DNA of 63,836 nt, filler included, from Gonapodya sp. JEL0774 (taxonomy: Eukaryota), in NCBI GenBank assembly GCA_027604505.1. It is 3 parts of 3 records of this genome, joined end to end, with 100 filler letters (N's around TTAATTAATTAA, not from the genome) between each part and the next. Parts side by side here need not be neighbours in the genome. Positions count along the whole stretch, not along the records: positions 1 to 25,683 come from JADIIX010000224.1; positions 25,784 to 51,091 come from JADIIX010000225.1; 1 more part is not named here. The stretch is one strand, 5' to 3'. A program made the position numbers and the translations under genes. Shown here piece by piece: positions 12,206 through 25,872 of this stretch (its first letter is position 1; each line of letters starts with the position of its first letter). The notes beneath the pieces are model-generated. The model ran no database searches and was not told the DNA's origin. It saw only the letters and a list, made by a program, of their open reading frames with translations.

Positions 12206-15200
12206 ATGGCGCCTGTTCCCGTTCCAACCGACATTCAGGACCAGCCAACCGCCTTCACCCCGCCTCACAAGACGGTCACATCGGCGCTGGTCGCCATCCC
12301 GCCAAGTCATCTCTGGAAGGGAATTCAGCACATCAGACGCAGCAGGGATAAGTCGTTTTTGCGCTGGTGCGTTTCCACAGTAGAGCGAGAAGAGTTGAGA
12401 TAGCCACCTCATACCAACCGTGTATGCCGCACTTACATCATTCACGCCTTCCCAGGCCTCCACACATCAACATCCTGTACCCATTTGTCCCGCGTGCTCT
12501 CTTCGACATCGCCCTGCCTTCAGTCCGTTCAGCACTCGAATCCGTCGCGCCCTTTAACGTATCATTAAACGCTGTCGCGAGCTTCCATCACTCGAACTCC
12601 GCAGTGAGTTTTCTGCTCATGCTGTTCTCGGTGGTTTGATGATTCTCACCCGCTGCACTGAAACCTTAACTTGCACTATTGCACTCCTCCAGACACTCTT
12701 CCTCGACTCTCACCCTTCCACCCTCTGCTCCACCCCGTTCATCCAACTCCACTCGGCCCTCTTGTCCCGCTTCCCCCACTGCACCGACCTCTCCTCCCGC
12801 GCTGATCCCGCCTCCGACTCCCACTCGGGGTACCGACCTCACCTCAGCCTGGGCCAAGTGGCCTTACCACGACCTACTCGCAGCGCTGCTCGCCGCCGGG
12901 GTGGTCGTGGCCCGGATAGCGGCCAAGCAGCAGCGACTTCGTCACGCGGCCAGGACGATCGGGACCATGACACGGTCATTGCGGCCGCGGAATCGGACTT
13001 CTTCCGTCATTTTCAGGACGGCGCCTCTTCCGGATGTCTCGAGTGGACCGTGGACAGAGTCTACCTCATCGCCCGCAGCGAAACCGACAAGAGCGCCCCG
13101 TTCGAAATCTGCCACGAAGTTCTCCTCGGTCGTGTCGGTACTGGGGCTGGTGGTGCTATTGATGACGGCGCGCTCGGGTGCGCCATACCCTGGATCTACA
13201 TCCCGGACCCTGACGAAGCGGACACTCTCTCCGACTCCCAGTCTGACTCTGAGTCTGATTCGGAACCTCAAATAGACTCCGACACCGATAATGTCCCTGA
13301 CGCGGACCACATCTCCTTCTCCCCGGTCCCAGCACAGGCCTTCTCTCCTTCCTTCCACTATCACCCCGAGACATCCTCCTGGACGTCTTCTCCTCCCCCT
13401 CTCACCCCCCGTACCGTGTCTTCTCGTCCAACCCACCTCCGCCTTCTCTCCTGGAACGTCCTCTACACCACCTCCCCCGCCGGCCCGCCGCCCACACCGG
13501 ACACTGTGACCCCAGACGAGGTAGCCCGGATGAACCGAGTCGCTGAGTTGGTAGCCGCCTCGGGTGCGGACGTGGTGGCGCTGCAGGAGGTGTCGGATTG
13601 GGTCGCTCGGTGAGTGTGGTGTCGCGTTTGTATGTGTTGCCTGCTGGACATGTCCTGGGTCGGGAAAGAGAATCGACCCTTCAAATGGTATCCACTGACA
13701 CTTCCGTTCTCTAAAACTCCAATTGTGACGCTCGCCCCTCCCGCAGCACCCTACTCGCCCACCCAGCCCTCCAAGTCTACAGCTCCTCCCACCCTCCCAC
13801 CACTGCACGCCCCGCACGCGGAGGCCCACTCGTCCTCTCCAGATACCCCTTCACGCACCGCACGGTGGATTTGGGCGGTAAGGAGGCCGTCGTAGCGCGG
13901 ATCGTTGTCGCGGGGGATGTTGGTGAAGGGACCGATGCGGACGAAGCGAAAGTTGAAGTGGAGGTGTGGAGCGTGCATCTGACCAGTGATTATAGGGGGT
14001 ATAAGGGGAAGACGAGGAGTGCGCAGGTGAGTGTATGTGTGTGTGACATTGTTTCATGACGGTTGAAGTGGGCGGCTGGAGAGGGGGCGGGATGTTCGGT
14101 GGTCGGTGGCCGATGATAAAAAGTCTTTGTGGTCTTGGTATGCGTGGTGTTGCTGGTGGATGGTCGGATGTGGTTTCTTAAGAGCCGCTGACCCATCTCC
14201 ACGACAATGACCCGTTCACCCCTTCCGCTTTCCCAGATCCACTCCCTCCTCTCCCACCTCACCCCCACACCCTCGACCAGTACTACTCACATCCTCCTCG
14301 GCGATTTCAATTCCGACTCGCCCTCCCTCTTCACCCCTCTCCTCAACCCGACATCGCCTTTACCTTCCTTTATCGACGCCTGGTCGGCCACCCACGGTGT
14401 GCACGAAGGAGGACACACGTTCGATCCTCGGGAGAACTTGCTGGCTAAGCTGGTGGCCAGGCAGGTCGATGTAGGGAGGAGATATGACAGGGTGTTTGTG
14501 GGTCAGGACGGCAAGTGGAAGGTGGAGCGGTGTGAGGTGGGTTTGTTTGACTTCAATGGCGTGTGTGTATTGGTCCGTCTCTTATCTTGATGTTTGCGGT
14601 GGCATCCGTGCCCGCATGATACTGTAGGTCGTCCCGCCACGACCCGCTGACGTTCCTGACGACCAAGATGTCTGGTTGTCGGACCATTCGGCCCTGCTCG
14701 TCACGCTCTCGTCCATCACCAGTACATTCTCGGTACCTACCTCGGGCTCTGTGGGGTCCAATACTGTAACTGCAGCCTCCGCAGTCAGCCTCACCCCCTC
14801 GACCACTGCCACCCTCACGGCTGCAACCCTCCACGACTACCTCGCATCCCAGAACCAAATCGCACCATCAGACTCAACCACCCACATTAACGCCCTCACC
14901 CTGCTCCGAACATTTGTAGCCAAATCCCTCCATCCCCATCCCACCCGTGTCTACCCCGTTGGCTCCTTTGCTATGTCCACCCACACCCCAGACTCGGACA
15001 TTGACGTCGTCGCCGCTTCGGTGGCAGGTCCCGATGAATTTTGGGACGCGGTGGACAAAGCGCTCGCCGGGGGTGTGGATGGGGTGGATCTGGTGAGGTG
15101 GGTCGGGGAGGGTGTGAAGATGAGGATCGTGACGGTAAGATGTGCGGGAGTGCTGTGCGACGTGAGCTATGTGTGTATGGGGGTGGACGTCATGGAAGAG

Positions 15201-16629
15201 TAAGTTGATATTGATTGTAAGCGTTCCTGTAGCTCCTTTTGTGATGGATGATCTGACTGTGGAGTATCCACTTTGCTCGATCCCCTCTACTTTCAGACTC
15301 GACGAAGCCATTGCCTCTGCTGACACATCGAAGCCCGTCGTTCCCAACCTCCCCGCGAACCTCCACATCTCCGCCGCCACCGCTCTCCGCGATGCCCTCG
15401 TCCTCTCACAAATGGTCCCCGCCCAGCACAAACAAACGTTTCCCGATTTTATTCGCCTTTTAAAGCTCTGGGCCGCCCGACGGGGCGTGTACTCTGCCCG
15501 TCTCGGGTTCCTCGGCGGCGCCGCAGTGACGGTCATGGTTGTGCGCTGGCTGCGGTCTGGTGGGGATCCTACCGACCCATTGGACTTTTTCAAAACGTTT
15601 GCGTCGTGGGATTACTTTAGGCGCGTTGTGAGCGTGGGTGATGGGGCTCAGCGGTCCATCGGGAGGTCATCGAATTCCGGAACAGGAGTTTCCATTTCAA
15701 AAGACAACCCGCCCTTGCAGGTGCTGGCCCCGTCACCACCTCATGTAAATTTGGTGAGAAACTCGACCTTGCACACTTTGAGGCAGCTTCAGGAAGAACT
15801 GGCGAGAGCCGAGCGAGTTCTGTCGGAACAACTTGCAGCCGGCAAGGAGTGGACTGCAGTGTTGGATAAACTGTGCGAGGACGGAACGGAAGAATTTCTC
15901 ATCAAGTACGACAAGTTTGTGAGAATCAAGATCGCGCCGAGGCAGAGATCAGCGTTGGTGGGATCGAGTAGCAGCAAGGGACGCGGTGGTGGCAAGAACA
16001 CCGTCGGCAAACCCCGCTTGTCAAAATCGCCCGATCCAGATTTTGTTCGGTCTTTGGAGGAGGCTGCTGCCTTTATCGAAGCCAAAGTGATTGGACTGCT
16101 TCTTTCGCTCCCCGCGGGCACCTGGGCCCGGCCTTGGCACGCCCGGTTCGACGGCGACTCGTGTATTTTGGTGGGCTTGGAAGGATCGCCAGCGATCCAA
16201 GACCTTGTGGCCAAGTGGATGAAAGTTGATGTTCGTGGTGGTGATGGTTACAGGTCAGCTTGGGGTGACGTGGAAGCCAGTGTTGTGGGTAAAGGAGACC
16301 CTTCGATGTCGTGGTTATCTGTCCTGGTTCCTGGATTACCAGCAACTTTGGCACTCGCTGGTGCGGAACAAAAGGAAAAGGACTCCAACAAGAGGCTTCG
16401 CCCCGCCAACGAAGTTTTCAATCGTATTTTGTGGGATCCGTCCATGCAACCCCTCTCGGATTGGGTAGTTGGCTACGAAGATCGATTTGCTGGTGTGCAG
16501 GAGTGCCTTGTATCGGACTTTTCTCGAGAGGCGACAGACGAAACTTTCATTCCTTTGCATCGTATTCGGTACTTCAAGCGGAAAAATGCTATTGTATGGG
16601 ACCGTACATTGAGAATAGATAGAATGTAG
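12206..16629 (+). CDS. Multidomain RNA end-processing protein: 2H phosphoesterase (2'-5' RNA ligase-like) + EEP nuclease/phosphatase + poly(A)-polymerase-type nucleotidyltransferase + MJ1316 domain
   Basis: 2H: RWPPHINILYPF (across intron 12367-12455) and YRPHLSLGQ. EEP: LLSWNVL, DVVALQEV, SVHLTS, LLGDFN, RRYDRVF, LSDH. NTase: VGSFAM..PDSDIDV and CDVSY. PAP central: LLKLWAARRGVYSARLGFLGG. MJ1316: RLRPANEVFNRILWD..VGYEDRF..IPLHRIRYF..VWDR. Confidence 0.9.
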
Positions 16630-17198
16630 AACCTTGAGTTGATGTCGCATGTACACTGTCAACAATTGCATCTGGGCTGAACGCTGGGTGATTGGTGCGC
16701 TGATATCATTCACGGACACTCAAGATGCATGTCGGAGTGAAGACCTGTGAAGACATCTCTATAGTCTGTCGTCAGAACGCATAGCGTCCAGGTTTTCCCC
16801 TCCACCTGTAAAAAATAGGCCTTAAAAGTAGGCCTTTTCTGAATACACAGGTTTTTTTCTTTGAATCTCCGCCTAGGCCGGCGAGCTCTAGCGATTCGGA
16901 GGAACTACTGATCTAACTTGTTGTAATCTACTGCTGCCGGTCCCGACGCTCCTGTTGAAAAGCTACTAAAGCTAAAAGAAGCTGCACACTCTTGGGTTAG
17001 TCTACAGAAGTATGATCGTTTCAGGAATTACGGAGTGCCGTTGGTGGCCTGCAGGAAGAAATTTGTCGGAAGCGCATAATCAGGATTCTCCACCAATAAG
17101 CTCGCAATCAGCAGCAGCGCCCTTCACTCAGCATATTCGAACTTCTGGATCTCGTGTGATGCAAGCACATCAACTGACCGACTTGCAGGCGAGTGCTG

Positions 17199-19085
17199 AT
17201 GGATGTGTCCGTCATTGGGGAGCTCTGTACCCTCCTCCGCTGTCCGCTGTCCCTCTTTTACTCTTCTGTCACCCAAGCCCCTCCCCATGATTGCCAATCG
17301 TTTTGACACAATATGGCTCACCTGCTCCGATCACTTTCCATCGTGTATTTTATATAGCCTGAAATCCTCGTTGAGATTCTGGCTCGAATCCACGCAGACC
17401 AGTCCATAGCACAAGTCTTTCAAACCGGGCGCGCTTTGGCACGATTCGGGCGGGACGACGCTCTTTGGACAGCGAGGGCAAGAAGGAGATGGGGTAGAGC
17501 TCGGGTTGAAAGAAAGCGGAAGGATGGCGAGACTGGGTGGGAACTCTACAAGAGGCTCGGTGAGTTTGCACTATTACTAACGAAGTTCGAAGATCGTCGC
17601 GCTTTAAGTTTAGTGCGGTTTTTTCCTTCCCCCGTGAATTGAGCTGTGCTGTCCGTTGCTGTTGATGAATGGGACACGCATGGCAAGAAGTGGAACCTGT
17701 GCTCTCTTGCGGCTGCACCATTCGGTTACCGAATCAACACCCCGCTCGAAGATTGGATATCCGTCAGTCTTCTCTCTACCCTTCATATACGAATTTACTC
17801 AAGCTGTACTTATTCCTCACTTTGTTTTCCTATACCTCCACGTCTTGGATCATGAACTGGGACTTTTGACTAGGTTGATGCTGTTCTTCCGTCTGTCCCA
17901 CCGGGCATTTTCTTCCCCACCTTCAACGTACTCTTTGCTTCAAACTGTACCCGCGGAGCGAAGCACCTTGTTTTCTCCGCTTATTCTGTGCTGCCCAGCG
18001 ACGTTTTGTCACCCGAGGAGGCTGCGAGTGGTTGGCACGTGGTTGGCTTCGAAGTCTCTGAGATGGGTGCTGCAGCTGCGGGGATTACAACCGACCGAGC
18101 TTTTGCGACGACAAGAATCCTAGAGTGCCTGCCGTTTGTGCCCGACGCCGCAAATACCCCGACAATCTCGCCACATTCGACTCCTCCCTTGTGGCCAGCT
18201 TCGTCTCCCTTTCCACCTTCATCATTCGCACTCCATATCGATCGCCTCAAGCCACCCCCAGACAAGTGGTTGACATGCCTCCCCAATGTTGCTAAAGCGT
18301 CCCCTGTAGTCGTACCATCAGCAGCTATTGTTCAACCACCGTTATCTGCGAATGCACCAGAAGGCTCTACATTACCACCGACTCGACGACGGCAAGTCAA
18401 CTGGTGTGATGTCCGCTTCCAAATTGTCAACCCCAAAGTTGAATTGCTTGTGCAAGGTGTCAATATTTCAGGCGCATCACTCCTCCCCGCACCAAAAGGA
18501 TCCGCCGCAGTTTCTACGCTACTCTCCTCCATCACGTTCATGCCAATGTCACAATCTAATTCCGCTTTTGCATCGCGGAACACTACATCGACACAGCGCC
18601 AGTTCCCTCGTGCCCGTCTTGTCACAATGGAGTTTGCCGAATCATCCTCCCTCGCCACAATCAACACTACTCGATCGATCGCTTCAGTTTCGGCACAGCA
18701 GGAGTTTATTCCTCTTGTTGCATTTTCATCGATGCCAGCCGCTTTTGTTTCGGATTCAAATGCAGCTGTGGGCGACTGGGGTTTGTTGGATGCAAGGAAA
18801 TATTTGGAAAGCCACGTAAGGCAGGTGGGAGCCAGTAAAGTGGGCGGAGAGTTGCTTTGGAAAGTTGATGGAGGTGGTTCGGCCTCAAAATCAAACGCCC
18901 AATCCTCGAACTCTCCAACGGCCCGGAGACCGGTCCTCTCGTTGTCCACTGATGCCGCGATGCCTCATAGGAGCGCGTCGCACCTCGAAGGGTCTCGACA
19001 ACGACTGGGAGCCGCACAATCAAAGCAGATTGGCGGGGTGCGGGGACTTTTTGGAAAGGTGAAAGGAGCCTTCAGTAAGGGGTAA
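17199..19085 (+). CDS. Putative F-box-like protein (5' exon structure uncertain)
   Basis: An exon from ~17358 reads PEILVEILARIHADQSIAQVFQTGRALARFGRDDALWTARARRRW, which resembles an F-box with its DxLW helix. The long last exon is ORF 17988..19085. Confidence 0.5.
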
Positions 19086-19536
19086 CATTTGCAACTGGTG
19101 GTGAGACAATGACGAAGTCAGAAAAAGTGTCGCAAACTTATTATAAGGACGACTGAGTGATCTGGAACATCAATGAATGAAGCAGATACATTGTACATGG
19201 AGAAATAGAGGTGCCAGCGAGTTCAAACGTCGTACCAAAACTTGCCCGCTCACTATGAATATTTACTTCAACAAGGAACTCTTCCTCATAACGGCTGTAT
19301 GTTGTAATAATACACACCGCAATATAGCGCGCGACCACTCACAGTGGAGAAAACGGTCGCAGGGAGACTGTTCTCACGCCTCAAGTTACGTATACAATTA
19401 CATAATAATGACAGGGTACAGTGCGGGCCTGCCGGATAGTTGCCTACAGGCAACAAATGTGATAATAACTCTCTTGCAACGCCAGCCACCAATATGCATA
19501 GCTGCTCCCCCATCAGTCAAGCATTTAGTTCATGAA

Positions 19537-20677
19537 TTATGCCGACGATCCACCATTGTACTGATAAGGTAGATATGGTTTGTACGCGTTCACCTTTTTC
19601 AAAGTGGCCAGCAGCCATGGACCAACTCCGCTCGTCCTCACGACCACAGCGGCTTTCCCGTTGTCACACGTTGAGGGTCCAAAGCTTGTTACTCCCCACA
19701 AAGTTCCGTTGTAAACGTGAGGGCCACCAGAGTCTCCTTGACAGGTGGAGCGATGAAGGCCTCCCAGGAGGCAGCCGATGTTGGGACGCGACGAAACCTC
19801 AAGATCGAATTGGCGCTCACAGACGCTGTTGCTAGCAACTAATAGCGATACAGCTTGAAGGGACTTGGCTGATACCTTCTTTGATGCAGTCGAACCGCCC
19901 CAGTTTGTGATTCCCCAGCCAATTGCAGTCGAGTTGACGCCGACAGGAGGAGTGTCGGGGTCGAAATTGACCTTGGCTACTTGGTTGGTCACGGGGACAG
20001 TCCTATCGGTTGGAGCGAGAATCCACAGTGCCGTGTCGTGGCCCGTGTCATCGACATGCGATTCCGGTGAGCCGTAGCCAGGATTCTGGATGATGTCAAT
20101 TGTACGGAAGGCACGGCAAAGGGGTTGCTCCCTTGACAAGAAAAAATTAACAAGTCAGGAGGTGGTTACAGGAATGTGTTCGTGCATATTATGACAGACT
20201 TTCCACCACAGTCCTTCGTCAAGTCATCCAATCCAACAAACGCTCCCATAGCCTCGGCATCTTCCAAATCTTGCCTACTTCCACAGTGAGCGGCCGTGAG
20301 GATCACCGGTACGGGGGTCGTCTGGATCAAGGAGCCTGTACACGTGATCTTCGAGTTGTCTTTCGTGTAAGTCAGGAGGATGGCGACGAATGGATAGGTT
20401 GCGGCACTAGCATTGCGGCCTCCCACGATGACTTTCAGAGAGGAAAACGATTCGTGAGACTGGGTCAAGCGAACGGGCGGGACTTTATTTCCAATGGTTC
20501 TCGACTGTATCAGAGCTCACATTCGTTCCCTGTCGCGACACCAGACGATCCTGTCTTAACAAGCGCATGTGTAGACTGTGCGAGTGTGCATAGGGTGAAG
20601 ATGGCGAGAAATATGGAGTTGGCGATAATCGCGCGTGGCCGGCAGCTCCCAGCGGCGACGGAGCGAGGTGAATGCAT
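19537..20677 (-). CDS. Secreted S1 (trypsin/chymotrypsin family) serine protease
   Basis: Hydrophobic N-terminus (SIFLAIFTLCTLA), IVGG activation site, CTGSLI, ILTAAHC, HDTAL, GWG, CQGDSGGP and GVTSFG. Two introns. Confidence 0.92.
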
Positions 20678-21213
20678 TGGGAGAAGGGTCGACAAAATCG
20701 GGACAAGGGGCAGCAGATGGAAAGCTGCGTCCAACTCCAACGGATTCTTATTTGACTTGTGCACAACGTAATGTTGCTGGTGAACACTTTCCAATGTTGC
20801 ACAGCCCCCACCGCCACCCGCTGCCTCACGGAAAACTTGCCATGAGTTGATGTCGTGCAATCGAATCTCACGAGAACATATGGGTATCGAGTTTTTGAAC
20901 ACATATTGCTTGTGTTGTTGTCCAGTGCTGAATATGAATGGTGGACTGGATTCACCAAGTGTCAACTCGGCCATTTGATCAATAAAGTATGTGTTTACAT
21001 TGTGAATGGTGGATGTATAATAAACTGTACATAAAGAAATGGTTGGAGAGAGGTCATTCCACTCCACCAAACCCGCTTCCAGCGATGGGAACGTTAGCGA
21101 GAAACAGTATGTGACTGCGGTGGAAGAGCTATACTGGGTCCACGGATGTCATGATACTGCTGCTTTCCGTTTGAATGGAAATGTTTACCGTACGAATAGG
21201 GGTGTTGGTGAGC

Positions 21214-24154
21214 TCATCCGACGACGAAAAGCACGTCTGAACGTAACACCGAACCCATGGACCTCCACGAACTTACGTTTGACCCTAACGCCATCGAACC
21301 AAACGGCTTGGCTACCGAAATAGACTGCTCTGGCCACATGTGTGGTCCTCTGCTCTGTATGGAGACACTCCGAGGATAAAACTGAGTTCTTTGCGTTGTT
21401 GGGGCGGAGTTGGGAGCCAAAGTGCTCAGAGGAAGGATGTCAATCGGAAACACACCATAGGAGCCTGTGGTGAGGTTCTAAGAGGAAGTACTGGTGAGGA
21501 CCGTTGCAAGAGAGGACAGGCTGGTTGTTCCACTCACAGCACCGACTGCCCACCCATCGCAATACACGCTATGGATTTCAAGTAGATTCTCGGGGAGAAC
21601 GGACAATGAAAAGATACGTGGCAAGGATGGTTAGGGCCAGGACGGTATCCTCACACCAAGTTCCAGACCCACTTTCATCCGTAGTTTGCGCTTCATACTC
21701 GTAGACGGCCATGACTGGAGCACCGTTGTATGGAGATTCGGCACTCTCTGGTGATAGTCCTGCGAGAGCTGCTGTGCGAACAAAGAACCACTTCGAAGTG
21801 GGAACGGAAAGAAAGCGCGAGAAATGAAGTTGACAGCACTCGACGGTACCGTTTTCAAATGCTTACATGAGGCTAGGACGATTATTGCGTGTGTTAGACC
21901 TTTCATGTCCATCGGTGGGTCGCAAGGGGCGGGCCAACTCACCGGCTGTTTGTATGTCCCCGAACCTGACATGGAGTCCGAATACGAATATCCGCTCTGA
22001 CTATGTGGTGGAGACCTGAGACTCCCAGACATTGTTTGCGAGTATTCGGTGGTCGCTCTTGACGGAGCGAGATTTCTCGAGGAATTTTGGATCGAGGCCG
22101 ACTTGTCCCGTCGTAAGGATTCCATGTTTGTGATGGACGGGGACGGGCTACTTTTCAAGCGTGTGGGTGACGCGGAGCCGTTGTTGCGGGAACGGACGAT
22201 GATGACTGCAACGATGACCGCGACAACACCGAGGCCGCCAACCGCTGCTCCAACAATGAGACCGATGTTCGGTGATGTGTCCTTCTTTTCACTATAGTAT
22301 AAGAGCGCGTGGAAGCATTCCAGTGAGTGAACCGATGTTGTCGCCAGTTGCGTGCACATGCATTCACACACCTTGATCCACCTGTAGTATTGATCGAGTT
22401 ACTACCTGCATCCCCAGCTCCCGTGGCAGCGGCAGAGCTCGTGCTCATCGATGCTCCCGTTGGTGCGGTACTTGCCGACATTCCCGCGGGCGTTGTCGCC
22501 GTGGACGCTTCCCCACCTCCGTTGGTGGCCGTGCCACTTGACACCGCGTTGCCACCGTACACCGTGGTACTGGTGAAGTACGACGACATGACGGAAGATC
22601 CGTCCACAGTGACGAACACAACCGTCGGTACGACCGAAGCCACCGGTGTGCAGCAGGTCGTCGCAGAGTTGGTACACAGCTGTTGCCCCGCTGGACACCC
22701 ACATTGCTCTGTTTTCGAGAGAATTCACGTTCACCTTCTCAGAACCCGACGTGCTTCTTTGCTGTCAGCTGATGCGTTGTGGAACTTACGGGAGACACAG
22801 GAGAGGGATCCGGCACACGATGTGCTCGCACTGCACGCACCACCGAACGGTATGGACGTAGGTGACGTAGGAGGCGGGGGTGCTGGGAGATGCGGAACGT
22901 GAGATTTGAGACCGGAAGTATTTCCGCGCGGAGACAACTCACGTGGAGGTGGTGGTGGGGGCGGTGGCGGTGGCGGCGGCGGTGGCGGCGGCGGTGGCGG
23001 CGGGGCTACCATCAACAAGAGCGAGCGTGTGCTCGGGTTGAATACCACTGATCGGTCAAAAATCGCGGGGATATAGAGACAACGTACGTGTAGGAATCAT
23101 TGATCCGCGGGTGTACACTGTGTGGCCACTGCTGGTCGTTATGCCCAGGAGTGTGGTCTGATGTATATGATACGAGTTCGTTTCGGGTATCAGGCGATCC
23201 ACGTAGAGAGAACACATCCCAACGAGATTGTTTCAGTATTTGGTGAGAAAAGTCAAGAGTGCGTGGTGGCTTGCGCGCACGTACCTTCAGTACGCACACG
23301 GAATTCAAATCCACCATGACAAATCCCGCACACGATGAGGAGAAGTAATTGCACATGGATTGACACAATCCGACGGAGCTAGAGCCCCAATCNNNNNNNN
23401 NNNNNNNNNNNNNNNNNNNNNNNNNNNNNNNNNNNNNNNNNNNNNNNNNNNNNNNNNNNNNNNNNNNNNNNNNNNNNNNNNNNNNNNNNNNNNNNNNNNN
23501 NNNNNNNNNNNNNNNNNNNNNNNNNNNNNNNNNNNNNNNNNNNNCCCCCCGCCCCGCCCCCCCCCCCCGGCCGAAATAGGTCGGTTGTGTCACCAATGAA
23601 GTCCCAAGGTTCCACTGGTCTCCCCACAAGGACCTCCAAAACCATCATCTCACTTAAAAACGCTACGCCCGAAGTACTATCCGTCGTCGTGGACACCGAG
23701 TACGTGTAACTCGCCACGAACGGGGGTGCGGTGCTCCCTTGCTTGAGGTAGGCCGTGAGCCCGGCAAAGGTGATCTGGTTGTTGGCGGAGGACTTCCAGT
23801 TGACGAATCCGGTGGTGTCCCGGGTGAATCCGGCACAGGGTGTTCCGACGATGTCGCAGACTGGGGAGGAAACCCACCGAGCGAGCGCCGTGGTGCGTTT
23901 GCGTTTGTGAATGCGTTAAAGTGAGCGGTGTGTTCGTGTTCGAGTTCGTCCCCCTTCCCCATTCGATTTGTCCCGTCCTCACCAGCCTGGGCATCCCCGA
24001 CCGACATCGGATTATACGCATAACCACTGTTGACCCCTCTATCCACGTCCGTATTGGTGAGCGCCGTGTACTGTGCCGCAGCAGTGGGGATCCGTGCCAG
24101 CGTCATCGCCAACAATAATACTAGCGTCGGTGCCAGGGAGAGGATCGTCGCCAT
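21214..24154 (-). CDS. Single-pass membrane protein: signal peptide, PAN/apple-like Cys domains, poly-Pro and Ser/Thr stalk, TM helix, cytoplasmic SH3 domain (spans an assembly gap)
   Basis: MATILSLAPTLVLLLAMTLARIPTAAAQ signal; CQSMCNYFSSSCAGFVMVDLNSVCVLK; TM IGLIVGAAVGGLGVVAVIVAVIIV-RSR. The spliced C-terminus AVYEYEAQTTDE / ENLLEIHSVYCDGWAVG / NLTTGSYGVFP carries the SH3 signature. 3' end is approximate. Confidence 0.75.
22944..23003 (-). repeat. (CCR)n triplet repeat encoding a poly-proline tract
   Basis: GGT/GGC run on the + strand, inside the membrane-protein gene. Confidence 0.9.
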
Positions 24155-25872
24155 AGGCACGCGCCACAGGGATGGTGGTGCGGGGGAGTGGGGCATCAGG
24201 ACGAGGTGGAGGGGGGTTCGGATTGCGCGTTTTGGTGCGGCGCGGCAAATCCGGAAAATTCGCGCGTGGGAAACGCGGAATTGGAAATCAGATTTTGATT
24301 CCTTCTCCTTTCCTTCCATGAGGACTCACCATCCGCCGCCCTGTCGCCTCAGTGCGAGATCGGTCGGGTGTGGCGTGCGGGTCCAATAAATATAAGAGGT
24401 CGCGGGTGAGGCTGGGTTGTGGGGTCGCACTCGCCCCAGCACCCCCCAAAATCCGTGAGAGATGGCCCTTGCGTGTTGTATGTTTCCAGTATCTTTAACC
24501 TTCCTATCTGTCTCGTTCCCACGAATCCATCCATCCATCCGTGTCCCATTGCTCTTGTCGGGACCACAACGAACCCGGGAGGACAATAAACCCACACGCC
24601 ACGTTTTGTTGTTGTCCACGAACGACGGGACATCGGACACGCGAACAAACATTCAGGGTACGGGGTGCAGTCCCCGGTGGGATTTGTTTATGGTCCGGGG
24701 TTTTTGGCGGAGTCAAATGTGTTCAGACCGGCCCTGAGGAACTTTGGTGTACCCACTACCCCGAGTGAAAACCAACCTCTTTAAGCATCACGTACGTACA
24801 TAGTTTGGAAACAAGTCTCTGATAGAACAGGGCGTTCGGGTGGATGGAGCCGTCAGCCGCGTGACTGGAGCAGATGGGCTGGGGGAGTGCCTATGTAACT
24901 GGTGCCTGCGGCGGTCACTTCCAAGTACATTGTACCAACAAACACAACCCAGTGTGTACAGTACAATCTAAGATTGTTCTTCGTCCCCCCATCACTCCTG
25001 ACCGCCAGACCACCGCAACCGTTCTCCGTTCTCCGTTCTTGGTGCAGAGCAAGGTGTGAACCCATGATCACCTCCTTGCACCAGCGGCCAGCCACCACTT
25101 GATAGGCACAAACAATGAGCAAACCCCACGTCGGACGTGAGATGATCGAGATGGCCACCGGGGCACCGACCCTTGTCCACTTGGGTCCCCACTTTGGACG
25201 GTGAATTGGGGCACGGTCGGAAACGCCCCAGTTGGTGATGTCGTATGTGATGCAGTGATGGTGCGAGGGTTTTTGGATGGGGGGGGAGGGGAACGTCCAC
25301 GACACACGATTAGAATTTGTACCTCACTCACTCGTCGCGCGTAACAAAGGGAAAAAAGAAGAAGAAGAAGAAGAAGACGAATACCTCAAACCAAAGAACC
25401 AACTAGCCCAAACCCGAGCAGATCAGCAGTTTCGCCCTCGCGGGGGGTGGCACAACAAAACGGGTCATCAACCGAACCGACTCACGCCTGGTGTTGATCA
25501 GTGTGCTGATGAGGGAAACAACTGGTGGGGAGTGAGTGGGGGAGTGGGGAGTGCGTCTGGGGACTGGGACGGCAGTGCGGAGGTGTGGGATCTGGATCGA
25601 CTACATGAGAGCACCCTGCCGAGCTGGGACATTGGTGCCCTGTCAGTGTCCTGGTGACCCTGGCTCCATCGGACGGAACGTGCNNNNNNNNNNNNNNNNN
25701 NNNNNNNNNNNNNNNNNNNNNNNNNNNTTAATTAATTAANNNNNNNNNNNNNNNNNNNNNNNNNNNNNNNNNNNNNNNNNNNNTTGTACGTTATCCCCGC
25801 CGCCCCCCGGCCCGTCGTGCATTCCCCCCTCCCCTCTACCGACCGCAATTTCACCACCAAAAGATCCCCTAG

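Noticed and set aside
25684..25783. TTAATTAATTAA embedded in N runs (also ~51092-51191)
   Set aside because: The same motif in the middle of both scaffold gaps is an assembly linker, not biology.
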